Origin: Antedon mediterranea
Taxonomy: Eukaryota > Animalia > Echinodermata
Assembly: GCF_964355755.1 (NCBI RefSeq)
Contig: NC_092670.1
Coordinates: forward strand, 486,201 to 550,200
Direction of reading: 5' to 3'
Length of the DNA: 64,000 nucleotides
The notes beneath the pieces were generated by a model. The model ran no database searches. It saw only the letters and a program-made list of their open reading frames with translations, and had not been told where the DNA came from. Each line of letters begins with the position of its first letter. Within the stretch, counting starts at the first letter, position 1. The position numbers and the translations under genes are program-made. Below, in pieces: positions 1-15,000 of the stretch.

Positions 1-3000
1 GCTACACTGCTTGCTGCAAAGCTAGGATCTCTGTCAAAATCAATCAAAATCTATTACAAAAATCGGATTTTACTGATTCTAAACATTTAGAAAGCTGCTT
101 AAATTAAATTTCTAAATTAAAGTTCTAAAATTATATGAATCATTGTTTACCTGTTATAATCTGGTATAGTCGGTGACCCTAGACCTGATTGACGCTGTGG
201 TGACCTAGAAGGGTCATTGCGACGACTAAATCGTTCAAGCGTGGCACTTGGATTATCTGGTGGCAGGAATGGATCCTCTCTATCTACTTCATAATCAGCT
301 TTCCTATAAATTACACAAACATTAATTCATCATCATGAACATCTTCTCCAATCAGAGCGATTATTGGCCGAGTGTGCATAAACTTATGAATTTTTCCTTT
401 CAAATCATTCTCTATAATTTGTTTATTATTAATAGAATTTGCTGATATGCGAATAAATGAAATGAAAACAATAATCATTGAAACATTGAGATAATAATTA
501 TGACTAAAGCTCTGTCTACACTATCAAACTAGTGATATACAGTAACATCATATGTTTATATATGGGCACATCACATTTGTTTGACACATAAAGTTTGATT
601 GTGTGGACCATGGAGAAATAAGCTTATTTCTCCATGTGTGGACAGAGCTTGGATTATCAATGAGTTTCATAAACTTACCTTTTTGCAATAATTGGCAAAG
701 TACAGGAGGAAATGAGAACTGTGAAGAAGATACCAGATAAGATTGAGCCTATCATCATGAAACTGATACCAGTGCTGTTGAACAAGAAGGAAATAGAACA
801 TTAAAATTAAAGGGTCTATCTGAATACTGTATTTAAAATAAAAGTGTATAGCATGGTATAAAAATAGATCACAGTGAAGTCATCAATGACGGCCATGTGT
901 ATAAAAGTGTATAGCATGGTATAAAAATAGATCTCAGTGAAGTCATCAATGACGGCCATGTGTATAAAAGTGTATAGCATGGTATAAAAATAGATCACAG
1001 TGAAGTCATCAATGACGGCCATGTGTATAAAAGTGTATAGCATGAGATAAAAATAGATCACAGTGAAGTCATCAATGACGGCCATGTGTATAAAAGTGTA
1101 TAGCATGGTATAAAAATAGATCACAGTGAAGTCATCAATGACGGCCATGTGTATAAAAGTGTATAGCATGGTATAAAAATAGATCACAGTGAAGTCATCA
1201 ATGACGGCCATGTGTATAAAAGTGTATAGCATGGTATAAAAATAGATCACAGTGAAGTCATCAATGACGGCCATGTGTATAAAAGTGTATAGCATGGTAT
1301 AAAAACAGATCACAGTGAAGTCATCAATGACGGCCATGTGTATAAAAGTGTATAGCATGGTATAAAAATAGATCACAGTGAAGTCATCAATGACGGCCAT
1401 GTGTATAAAAGTGTATAGCATGGTATAAAAATAGATCACAGTGAAGTCATCAATGACGGCCATGTGTATAAAAGTGTATAGCATGGTATAAAAATAGATC
1501 TCAGTGAAGTCATCAATGACGGCCATGTGTATAAAAGTGTATAGCATGGTATAAAAATAGATCACAGTGAAGTCATCAATGACGGCCATGTGTATAAAAG
1601 TGTATAGCATGGTATAAAAATAGATCACAGTGAAGTCATCAATGACGGCCATGTGTATAAAAGTGTATAGCATGGTATAAAAATAGATCACAGTGAAGTC
1701 ATCAATGACGGCCATGTGTATAAAAGTGTATAGCATGGTATAAAAATAGATCACAGTGAAGTCATCAATGACGGCCATGTGTATAAAAGTGTATAGCATG
1801 GTATAAAAATAGATCACAGTGAAGTCATCAATGACGGCCATGTGTATAAAAGTGTATAGCATGGTATAAAAATAGATCACAGTGAAGTCATCAATGACGG
1901 CCATGTGTATAAAAGTGTATAGCATGGTATAAAAATAGATCACAGTGAAGTCATCACTGACGGCCATGTGTATAAAAGTGTATAGCATGGTATAAAAATA
2001 GATCACAGTGAAGTCATCACTGACGGCCATGTGTATAAAAGTGTATAGCATGGTATAAAAATAGATCACAGTGAAGTCATCAATGACGGCCATGTGTATA
2101 AAAGTGTATAGCATGGTATAAAAATAGATCACAGTGAAGTCATCAATGACGGCCATGTGTATAAAAGTGTATAGCATGGTATAAAAATAGATCACAGTGA
2201 AGTCATCAATGACGGCCATGTGTATAAAAGTGTATAGCATGGTATAAAAATAGATCACAGTGAAGTCATCAATGACGGCCATGTGTATAAAAGTGTATAG
2301 CATGGTATAAAAATAGATCTCAGTGAAGTCATCAATGACGGCCATGTGTATAAAAGTGTATAGCATGGTATAAAAATAGATCACAGTGAAGTCATCAATG
2401 ACGGCCATGTGTATAAAAGTGTATAGCATGGTATAAAAATAGATCACAGTGAAGTCATCAATGACGGCCATGTGTATAAAAGTGTATAGCATGGTATAAA
2501 AATAGATCACAGTGAAGTCATCAATGACGGCCATGTGTATAAAAGTGTATAGCATGGTATAAAAATAGATCACAGTGAAGTCATCAATGACGGCCATGTG
2601 TATAAAAGTGTATAGCATGGTATAAAAATAGATCTCAGTGAAGTCATCACTGACGGCCATGTGTATAAAAGTGTATAGCATGGTATAAAAATAGATCACA
2701 GTGAAGTCATCAATGACGGCCATGTGTATAAAAGTGTATAGCATGGTATAAAAATAGATCACAGTGAAGTCATCAATGACGGCCATGTGTATAAAAGTGT
2801 ATAGCATGGTATAAAAATAGATCACAGTGAAGTCATCAATGACGGCCATGTGTATAAAAGTGTATAGCATGGTATAAAAATAGATCTCAGTGAAGTCATC
2901 AATGACGGCCATGTGTATAAAAGTGTATAGCATGGTATAAAAATAGATCACAGTGAAGTCATCAATGACGGCCATGTGTATAAAAGTGTATAGCATGGTA

Positions 3001-6000
3001 TAAAAATAGATCACAGTGAAGTCATCAATGACGGCCATGTGTATAAAAGTGTATAGCATGGTATAAAAATAGATCACAGTGAAGTCATCAATGACGGCCA
3101 TGTGTATAAAAGTGTATAGCATGGTATAAAAATAGATCACAGTGAAGTCATCAATGACGGCCATGTGTATAAAAGTGTATAGCATGGTATAAAAATAGAT
3201 CACAGTGAAGTCATCAATGACGGCCATGTGTATAAAAGTGTATAGCATGGTATAAAAATAGATCACAGTGAAGTCATCAATGACGGCCATGTGTATAAAA
3301 GTGTATAGCATGGTATAAAAATAGATCACAGTGAAGTCATCAATGACGGCCATGTGTATAAAAGTGTATAGCATGGTATAAAAATAGATCACAGTGAAGT
3401 CATCAATGACGGCCATGTGTATAAAAGTGTATAGCATGGTATAAAAATAGATCACAGTGAAGTCATCAATGACGGCCATGTGTATAAAAGTGTATAGCAT
3501 GGTATAAAAATAGATCACAGTGAAGTCATCAATGACGGCCATGTGTATAAAAGTGTATAGCATGGTATAAAAATAGATCACAGTGAAGTCATCAATGACG
3601 GCCATGTGTATAAAAGTGTATAGCATGGTATAAAAATAGATCACAGTGAAGTCATCAATGACGGCCATGTGTATAAAAGTGTATAGCATGGTATAAAAAT
3701 AGATCTCAGTGAAGTCATCAATGACGGCCATGTGTATAAAAGTGTATAGCATGGTATAAAAATAGATCACAGTGAAGTCATCAATGACGGCCATGTGTAT
3801 AAAAGTGTATAGCATGGTATAAAAATAGATCACAGTGAAGTCATCAATGACGGCCATGTGTATAAAAGTGTATAGCATGGTATAAAAATAGATCACAGTG
3901 AAGTCATCAATGACGGCCATGTGTATAAAAGTGTATAGCATGGTATAAAAATAGATCACAGTGAAGTCATCAATGACGGCCATGTGTATAAAAGTGTATA
4001 GCATGGTATAAAAATAGATCACAGTGAAGTCATCAATGACGGCCATGTGTATAAAAGTGTATAGCATGGTATAAAAATAGATCTCAGTGAAGTCATCAAT
4101 GATGGCCATGTGTATAAAAGTGTATAGCATGGTATAAAAATAGATCTCAGTGAAGTCATCAATGACGGCCATGTGTATAAAAGTGTATAGCATGGTATAA
4201 AAATAGATCACAGTGAAGTCATCAATGACGGCCATGTGTATAAAAGTGTATAGCATGGTATAAAAATAGATCACAGTGAAGTCATCAATGACGGCCATGT
4301 GTATAAAAGTGTATAGCATGGTATAAAAATAGATCACAGTGAAGTCATCAATGACGGCCATGTGTATAAAAGTGTATAGCATGGTATAAAAATAGATCAC
4401 AGTGAAGTCATCAATGACGGCCATGTGTATAAAAGTGTATAGCATGGTATAAAAATAGATCACAGTGAAGTCATCAATGACGGCCATGTGTATAAAAGTG
4501 TATAGCATGGTATAAAAATAGATCACAGTGAAGTCATCAATGACGGCCATGTGTATAAAAGTGTATAGCATGGTATAAAAATAGATCTCAGTGAAGTCAT
4601 CAATGATGGCCATGTGTATAAAAGTGTATAGCATGGTATAAAAATAGATCTCAGTGAAGTCATCAATGACGGCCATGTGTATAAAAGTGTATAGCATGGT
4701 ATAAAAATAGATCACAGTGAAGTCATCAATGACGGCCATGTGTATAAAAGTGTATAGCATGGTATAAAAATAGATCACAGTGAAGTCATCAATGACGGCC
4801 ATGTGTATAAAAGTGTATAGCATGGTATAAAAATAGATCACAGTGAAGTCATCAATGACGGCCATGTGTATAAAAGTGTATAGCATGGTATAAAAATAGA
4901 TCACAGTGAAGTCATCAATGACGGCCATGTGTATAAAAGTGTATAGCATGGTATAAAAATAGATCTCAGTGAAGTCATCAATGACGGCCATGTGTATAAA
5001 AGTGTATAGCATGGTATAAAAATAGATCTCAGTGAAGTCATCAATGACGGCCATGTGTATAAAAGTGTATAGCATGGTATAAAAATAGATCACAGTGAAG
5101 TCATCAATGACGGCCATGTGACTTGAGAAAAAGACGACTACAAGAACAATAACAGTAACTGTATACATGCTAGAATCTAATGATTTAAGAGGGATTTTAT
5201 CACCTTCATGAAACAGTCTATAGTCTGCAAATAAAATATGCATTGGAAAACAAACAATTGAAGTTAAAAAATGTTGTTTACTGACTGACTTACATTGTAT
5301 CATAGCACATAGAGTACAGACCAATCACATAGTCTGTCTTTAATGTGTTGCAGTTGACGCTAGCAACCAGGTTTTGAAGCTGCAAACTTGTTGACTGGAA
5401 TGTTTTGTCGAGTTTATTCAGAATTTCCTAAAAATAAAAAAACAATGAATTTAATTACAGAGGAAAAATAGGTTTACTACATACAACCTTCATACAACAT
5501 GATGAAATAATGCGTAGGAGGTCAAAGGGTAGAGAATTTTAAAATATGACTTTTATGATTTCAAATTGCATCCATTGGCATACAAAGATCAAGCAACATC
5601 AAACCATGAAAAAGAATGGCCTATTGTATTAGGTTTTTAGTTGTGTATAAATGATTGTGCTAGAAAATACAACTGCTGAAAGAAGTCCACTTTTCACAAA
5701 TCACTCTTTAGATTTCTGTCCGATGAATAGATAAAAATGATCAATTAATAATTAATATATCTAGGTTGTTGTTGATCAGCAGTTTTTAAAAATATTTATG
5801 TTGGTAGATGAAAAATGTTAGGTCATAACTTGTAGTCACGTTAACCATTTTAAAAATATAAAATAGCTACTAACAGTAGAATGCATACAAGCCTCCCTCT
5901 AACATCATCATCATTGTAACATTATATTCGTAACTTTTTATAATCGTCACAACTGCGACGCAGAAAATATTATCAACATTTCATCTCTCCTCATGAATTA

Positions 6001-9000
6001 TTCATGTTGTCTTGAATACGTAATTAGCAAAATACATAAATTATTCATATTGTACTGATTACATAATATTGAATTTATTCATCTAAGATCATCTTACAAA
6101 TCAACTGGGATTGTTCAAGTAATGTATGAGGAGTTTCAAGAGATTACATTTTATTGTCATTTGTCTACTACTGTATGCATCAACATAATCTCACATATCA
6201 TTCCTTTGTTGTTTTTTTTTCTGCTGCCGTAGTACTTCCAAGTAGTTTGCTAATATTAATAAATGTAACAATATCTTTTATAATCATACAGTATTCGTTT
6301 AGTAGTAACTGATTAAATAGAATTTAATAATAAACCATAACAATTCATGATATTGTTTTCAGAAAATCATTGAGAATTTTTTAGAAATATGTTTACGTCA
6401 GCAAGTGTAAATACTGTATCAATCAACTTACTCATATTATTCATGAATATTTCCTGTATTGGTGGTTAGATGTTTAATTCTGATCATATAACATATTTAT
6501 ACAGAAATAATACCAAACTAATTATTAAATGTATTGCTACATGACCTCTCTCCAACGTTATAAATTTTGAGAATTTTTTTTTTTTTAAAGACACTACACA
6601 ACTCTCGACGTGTAGTACTGTGTTTGGTTTAAAACATTTAGAAAATTACAGAGGAATAGGTTTTTGCCACAAACAGGCATATCCCTCATGGGTATAGTCC
6701 AAGTATTGAAATTTGAGTTTTTATAAGAAATGCTCACCAATCATTTTTTTCCTGAACCAGGGTTTACCTGGATATAGCCCCACCCTCAAAGTTGACCAAT
6801 TTCGTGTTCTAGGGACTGGGATTATACCAGAGGATATTTGCTTGTTAATTGTTTGTATTCATATTATCTTGTAATCTTATGTTGAAACCGAATAAAATCA
6901 AATCAAATACGGTACTAGTTTTATAATATAGGGAAAAAAAATGCCAATCAAAATGGAGTATCTGTACAATGAATCTAGCAATAGGAAGGAAGCCATTGGT
7001 TTATGCATACAGTATTTATGGACAGTGAACAGCACAGCATTCATCCAAAAACGGATGACTAATTATTCCCAGTAGAATCTGTGAGAATATATTGATTCCA
7101 GGAAACAAACTGACCACATTTAAAAAACATTTACAGTTATACCATTCTACCATTTGTAGATTTAGAACAATATATACAAAAATGTATAAATAATTCATGT
7201 GCCTAAAGGGTAAACATTAATGTATAAATAATTCATGTGCCTACAGGGTAAACATGAATTTTGAAGACAATTTTCTATTATAACAACAAATTATTCATAG
7301 GGCTTGGGGTACAAGTAAATTTAGGTAAATTATACATATACAGTCAACTCTCCCAGTGAACCTGACTCTCTGAAAACCAGAAAATCTCCCAATAACAGAC
7401 TTTTCTAGAAGTCGAGTCCTAAATTCATTTTTTTCCATTGAAACACATTCCGAATACCAGACTTTCTGGAAAGTCAGACATATTTGGCCACTGGCCCAAA
7501 GGCGACGGGTATTGGGAGAGTTGACTGTACCATAATAAAATGATAACAATGTTTATACTAAAAATATCAACAATTTGTTTTAAAGTTCATTAAAATGCTA
7601 TTTGAAAGTAGCAATTCAAAACCATTTACATGGATGATGCATTAGGTCACGTACATAGGTTATCCTTGTTATACAATAGAACATTAAATAATATTACAAT
7701 ATTGCCCTTGTAACATCTACCACAATTATTCTTTATTGTATACCAGGCTATATCAAATAATGGCCATAATATTAGAATCGATACTGTTTCACTTTTCAAA
7801 ATATCTAAAAATAAAAATTCTAGATAAGTTTTTTCTATATTTGTATTGATGTTTACAATTGTTTGAACTTGTTTGAACTTGTCCGCAAACTATAATCTTT
7901 GTTTTTACTTTTAAGAGAGAAATTGTGGATGTAAAAATGTAGGAAAACAGGGACAAATTATTGATTTTGTTATTATAGAAATAAAATCAAGTGCGACTTT
8001 ACTGCAATAATTGTGCTATTCTCAACATGTTTTTAATTTCTGGTCTTTATTTTCTTCTTTGCCCTATGGACAATGGCTATTAGTTAATAATTTTTTTATT
8101 GCTTTTACCACCTATCTTTCTGCTATATATAAATATATATATAAATCCAAAGGCAAATTACTGAAAAAATGACAATGCTGTGGGTATCAGTGGCTGGATC
8201 TCAATGGAGATACAAAATAAAATAAGCAAAAAGCTAAATCAAAACGAGAAGTAAAACAGCCAGAAAAGTTAGCAGAGCTTTCGGGCAACACTAGCCCTTC
8301 ATCAGTGCAAGTGATTATAAATATATGCTATATATTGTTATTTTAAGCTTGTATTAGTACAATCTATTCTTTGCAAACTGGACATCCTTAGTTTGGCCCA
8401 CAATGCCTGTTTATGCTATACATTCTATTGCCTTCCATGTCTGTGGGTTGAAAATGGGGGCATCTCCACACAAAGGAAGTAGAATCTCTATCTACGTTTT
8501 AGGATGTCATTATTTAGGCGAAAACAGTTGAGTTTCCTCACTACACATGATCACGTGCACCGGACAAGCTTTATTAATTCCATCCTTTTGTTTTATCAAT
8601 TTAGTATTTATAATTATATTTACATAAGAACTAATTCAACATGATTTTTCTTAGGAAATCATCAAAAAAAATCTTGGTGTAAATAATATAGTGTTGCCTA
8701 AAGCAGCTATTTTATACATATTCTTCAACATTAAAACTTTTGAACCAATATTATGTTTCTGTGAACATTCTATTTCAACTAAATGTAAAGTCAACATCAA
8801 AAACCAATTTGAAAGATTGACTTAGTGTATTAAGAAAAAATGTATTTAATTATTAATTCATTAAATGTTTTCACTGTCTATTAACCTATTGCTGGATACT
8901 AATACTTTGTGTTATCATGTTAATGCATTCATTTGCGCAACTGGAAAAGATGTTGTGAGTTAAGTATTGAATAAAAAATGTTCTCTTTTTAGTTATTAAT

Positions 9001-12000
9001 AATCAATTTACTCGTACATTCCCTGTTTACAAATGTCCTTACATAACATAATATATGATATAATAATTTATTGAAACTACACCTTTACAATGGTGGCACC
9101 CGTACATACACGGTGCGTTCAGATAGACATTCAACAGATACAAATAAATAAAAACAAACAGATACAAAATGACATGATATTACTTACCACTGCATCTGAT
9201 TGAGGGCCAGCTAGGTTTTCAATCTTCTCCAATGTTGCCTCCGCTAAAGTCTCTGCTTGCTGTGCATCTCTCAGTGACTAAAACAAGAAACATTTATCTT
9301 AAAATGGTACACCAGTTTTGCGAGCTTGTGAGAATTTCATTAAAATAAATATAATTTAGTCTCTCATTTCAAGATATTATGCTGAGTTAAAGATATTGAT
9401 ATTAATAAGTAACATCGCAAGACTTTTTTAAAGTGAATTCCATGAGAATTTGAATTTCTTTACAAGAATAAATCTTTTAAAAACAAACAATTTTTAAAGC
9501 GACCATTTTAACAAGTTATAAGGTCAAATTTGTCATAAAATTATCAATATGATATAGAGAAATCCTGCGGAGCATAAACGTTGAACTCAAGAAGCTGTTT
9601 TAAAGCCAATTGTTGTCATGGCACTTGGCTGACGGTGTCAAAACGTGCTGATTATATCAACTCATTAATCCTAAAGGAAATGTAATCAAATCCTTGCAAG
9701 TTTTAGGAAAAATACAAATATTTTGACCTGGATATATTTTACATCTTCAACAATTTTCTGATTGGTTGAATTTATGACATGAATTAATTTATCTTGCTTC
9801 AGCTCTGTCTACACTATCAAACTAGTCTGACAAAAAAGTATGATGTGCCCAAATATGGTAGTGAAATGCCCAAATATGTTTAGTGATATGACATCATCAT
9901 GTTCAAATATGGGTACATCACAAAAAGTTCGATAGTGAACTTTAGATAAATCATGTTGCTTCATCATGTCAAACTTTAGACAACATTCTCAAGAATTATT
10001 ATTTTTCAAAAAATATGATATGATGAATTGCCAATTGTTATTTTCACTACAGTAGATTAAAGTGTTAGATAGTTGTTTGAAATATCATTATGTGTGTGAT
10101 ATCTTATAGATACGGCCAGGTCAACTTGTAAGAGATATGTCAAGTAGGTGACAAAATGCATTAGTTTCTTTAAGTGAAATAAAATCTCCCGCTTCAAGAC
10201 CAACCTAAAGACGTCGCTATTCGCTGATGTTCTCGCACGTTGTTAATGCACAAAGCGCCACATGGGTGGAGGATACCGGCGCTATATAAGTCTTCATTTA
10301 TTATTATTATTATTAAATGTATGTTTTATACATTTTGTGTACACCCTACTGATATAAGGTCAAGTTTGAGTTTTCTTATGGATCTAAAAGCATTTTATAC
10401 TATTTGATTGAAAGCTGATCTTGGTTGTAACTCTCGGCAGACTTGTAATGGTGCATTATAAGATTATTTCAAACCTTACAGTACAAGTTCTATTCATTGG
10501 AATTTGTGATCATATGTTTAAAATGTATGAATCATTCTAAACAATAAAAGCAGAAGAAAATATATTTACTGTTTTTTTAGATGATAAATTATGAATTAGT
10601 CATTGGCATTTGTGATTTTAAAAAGCTTTATCTTTTGTGAGTCACAAAGGTTTGTGGGTTGAATTATGACAATCAATATATCTGAACTAGGTCTCTGTTT
10701 ATCTAAACATTTTTTTCATCCTAAAGGTTATATCCAATTAGCATAGATGATTACATATCATCTTGAAAAATTTATTGCATTTTGAGAGTTGGCTGGCTCT
10801 TCTTTAATTGGGTACTATCATCAACGTGAACAACATTTTGTTGCCAGTTGACTACACATTCCAAAAGATAGAAAATCTCAATTTGTTTTTTCCTTTTAAT
10901 TAATTGTTTTTCAAATTTTATATTTTCAAAGTATATATATTTATGTATACATAAGTGTAACCAATTCTTACAAAAGGATAATATATAACTTGAAATGATT
11001 CTTTATATCAGCTACTTCAGGTACGTCTAGTTATTTTATGGCATTGTAGGGCATTTTATAAAATATTCTATAGCCAATGTAATGTTTTATAAAATCATTG
11101 TTTTTACTTACTGTTCCATATGGATTTTGAGAGTTAGGATAGCAAGTCAAATAGTATAAAACAACATCTGAAAAACAAAAAGAAGATATTATTAAAGGCA
11201 CATAATCAAACCCTTTTACAACAAAAGAGAGGATGAAGATGTGTTACCTTGGTCTACTCCAGCATTACCGTCAGTATATGACAAAACATAAGTATTTGGA
11301 TCAACACAGAAATCACTAGCACCCTGAAAGAATAAGAACATTCTAATAAAAAAAAGTTTCACAGATGGACAATAAAAAATAAACCAAAAATATGGAAACC
11401 AAAACCATACTTTTTGCCAGCAGGTTAGAAATTTACTTTTTTTTAAATCTAGCAAAACACAATAAAGAAAGCAATTTTCAATCCTACAAAAGATATATTT
11501 AAGATCAAAACCCAAGTAACATTTTTAGACTAAACAGTCACTATTTCCTCCCAAAAAACACTACCAGCAAAACAATTTCAAAATGTTGTAATATAGCACC
11601 CTTCTAGTTTGCTAGGATGTATTTCCAGTTTTGCAGCTAAAATGTTTCAATAATAATGATTAAGTGGATGAAATAAAAATAATAGGAAACTTTGTTCTAA
11701 ATTATTAACTCAAATTCTAAGAAAAACTAATTATTAATTAAATATATTGTTATTATTTATTGAGGTTTATATAGTAAAAACATGTAGTTTGATGGTTAAT
11801 ATTGTTGATTTCCAAAAAAATATATACACAAACAAAAATGTTTAAAAAATACAAAAATGAAAAAACACTATTATACTATAAAATAAGGTTGAATACAATT
11901 TGAAAAAGACAGTTTTGTTATTCATATTCTAATGACTTAGATATAATTGTATGACATGTACATCCATGAATTCAATAAAACACGCATGAATTGTATTAGA

Positions 12001-15000
12001 TGTCATAAAATGAACTATATTCCCACTTCTTCTGTGGTATTAGTCTACTGATAATGTTGAATAAATTATGTAAATGTTTTAACCACACACGTATCATACA
12101 AGAACATTACAGACAAGATTGATTTGTTTTCAACTAATCCATCACTTCAAACCATTATTCAAGACAAGTTGGGTTTTCATATTAACAGTTCTCTAACACT
12201 AACACATTTAATTCAATTCTGCATATCATTTAAATTTCAATTAAAATAATAAAATGAATTTCATAAATGACCCCAACATAACAATGTGACCTTGATTAAT
12301 TAAGTTGTACTTGAACTTTCATACTACTGTATTTTTTTCCCCAAAAGCACTTAAGTGGTTATGGATTTTCACTTCTATTTTTAATAAATAAAACTTTGCT
12401 TTTTGTGTCATTGTTTTAGCACTATATATTATGATAATTATTTTAAATGTTTGGTCTCAATTGAATTAAGTTAACTATAGAAGATTGTAATCTAATATTT
12501 TTAACAAAGAAATAGAAACAGAATGTGAAAATTTAAAAATCTTAAACCATCAGATGTAATATTCAATCACAATGTCTTGCATTCCCTGAAGATCCATTTT
12601 TCCATTAAAAATCCTGACATTTTCAGATTCAAATATAGATTTTTGGTAAAATAACTATTCTTAACAGACCTTTGGGAACATCTCCTTGGAAACAGACAAA
12701 TTATTCTGATATTCATCAATTTTTGGTTTATAGATTTTTCATAAGTTGAGGAAAATAACAGAGATATGTCAGTTTATACTTTATATGATATAGGTCAGGT
12801 CAAAAAAGAACAATTTTTATTGTTTTTTTTTAAATTTTTTTTTTATATATGTTTATATTTCTTCTAACAGCAAGCAACTAGCCAATTACGGTTCCATGGT
12901 CAAATTGGGTCTGTCGCAGAAAATTTGACATTCATTATTCAGAACTATTTGATAAATTATCATGGAATGGAATTTTTGTACATGTAATGTGGTTTCTTTG
13001 CATTCTCCACTAAATGCCCAATCAGGACAATTCTAAATGTCATCGCCACAACCCTGGGCTTTTTTTAAACCATATTTAATGAGGGTGATCCATCTAGCAA
13101 TTGCTGATTTGGATGGGAAGGCAAGCCACACCACAGCTCAACTGTTGTATGCTATATTTCTATTTAATAAATTTACAACCAAAAGAATAGAAACAAATTC
13201 ATGTAGTAGGCAAACTCTGTATTATTACAAAAAGAAATTGGTATTTAGCATAATAGGGCATCTGGGAAAATTGTCATAGCAACAAAGTTGATACAGAAAC
13301 ACTTGAGAGCTAATTTGCTTTAATTTGCATAATGACCCCCCTGGGTTTATGAATGTAGTTGATGAACACTTTCACTTGTGCACCTGGCCTAATTATTGAT
13401 TCACAGACAGTTAAATTAAATCCATAAAACATGATCGATAATAGGTGGTTTTTAACTATCAAATAATTGGTTTAATTTAAAACAATTTATTACAGTATCT
13501 ACTATACTATAATGGCATCTTTGTATTGTTTCATTATAACTTATGTATTAACATTTTTTTGTTTTTTTGTTAACTATTGATAGACATTAATAAATGTATA
13601 AATTGTGAAAATGCATTAATTAGCTTAACAATGTTAAACTAAAAACCCTCCAGGACAACAGTATCATAATATATTTCTTTATCTCTTTATAATACTATAC
13701 CGACTTCAATGCTTTCAAATGCTATCAAATAAAATATATATTTAAACTAAATTTCTCACAAAATACTAATATATTCAATTCCTTTTGAATCAATGCATCC
13801 ACAGTGTGAACAAATATTTTAAAAATAAAACCCTTTGTTATCTGATACAAATGAAAGATTTAACAATTTGTAACCAAGTCAAATAAACAGAGTTTTATTA
13901 TTTTATTATGCAAGATATAATCTTGATTTTATCCCTTACAGTAGTAAAGATCAAAAGATTTTATGCCGAAACAAGTAATATCTATATTTTATAACTTCCC
14001 ATATCTATTACAAGCTGAACAATAGTTTAATAACACAAAACAATCTTTGTTGTCAAAAGCCTACAAAGTCAACTTTTTGGAATTATATTTCTTTCCCAAT
14101 TTCTGTTCTTAAAAAGGAAATTCTATAAACAAGATTTTTTTTAAAGAAGCACACATTGTATAAAGGGAAAGTATTGTCAATATTCAGCAGTACTGACAAA
14201 ATAAATTCTGTATACTGGTGGTTTTCTTTATTCTACTAGGCAGAATGAAAATGCAGCAAAGAGTTGACAGAATACATTCTGTAAACCGTTTTTCTATATG
14301 CTTTTACTAAAAGAACATTAAATAAATATTTAAATGGCACATGATTCAGCAAAGAGTTGACAGAATACATTCTGTAAACTGTTTTTCTATAGGCTTTCAC
14401 TAAAAGAACATTAAATAAATTGTTAAATGGCACATGATTCAGAGTTGACAGAATACATTCTGTAAATTGGTTGCTTTCTGTAGGTTCTCAATAAAAAATG
14501 TTACTTACTCTAAAGGCAGAATGAATTTCTTACAAATCACCAAAAAGACAAAATTAATATATAGTTGAAATTATTTCAAACATCATATTTATGAAAAAAA
14601 CTTACCACGGTAATGAAGATCTCTATCCCCATTCTGCACCAGATCAATATTATAAAAAAAAAACAAGTAACAGAAACGCTGAAATAGAAACAGGATTATG
14701 ATGATGAGCTAGTGTTACTTTTTAAATTGATTTATCAAAGTGTATAAATTATAATAATTTTCTATATTCCAGTGACACAAAGTCTAATAATATGAATTGA
14801 ATGCTACTTTAGGAAACTATAGATACCGGTAGGGATAATAATGTAAACTATAGATACCGGTAGGGATAATAATGTAAACTATAGATACCGGTAGGGATAA
14901 TAATGTAAACTATAGATACCGGTAGGGATAATAATGTAAACTATAGATACCGGTAGGGATAATAATGTAAACTATAGATACCGGTAGGGATAATAATGTA

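Noticed and set aside
816-5324. 1502-aa ORF as a stand-alone gene
   Set aside because: It is a 63-bp tandem array in a tweety intron. Its listed start overlaps exon 10 in a different frame and unit variants are non-synonymous. Only the alternative-splice hypothesis is retained.
7016-13279. Short 60-99 aa ORFs in tweety introns
   Set aside because: No recognisable motifs and expected by chance or from MITE sequence, except the part of 11216-11515 that overlaps real exon 7.
14650-14665. Possible homopolymer frameshift in tweety exon 6
   Set aside because: A recount gives 10 A, a 73-bp exon and an intact frame.
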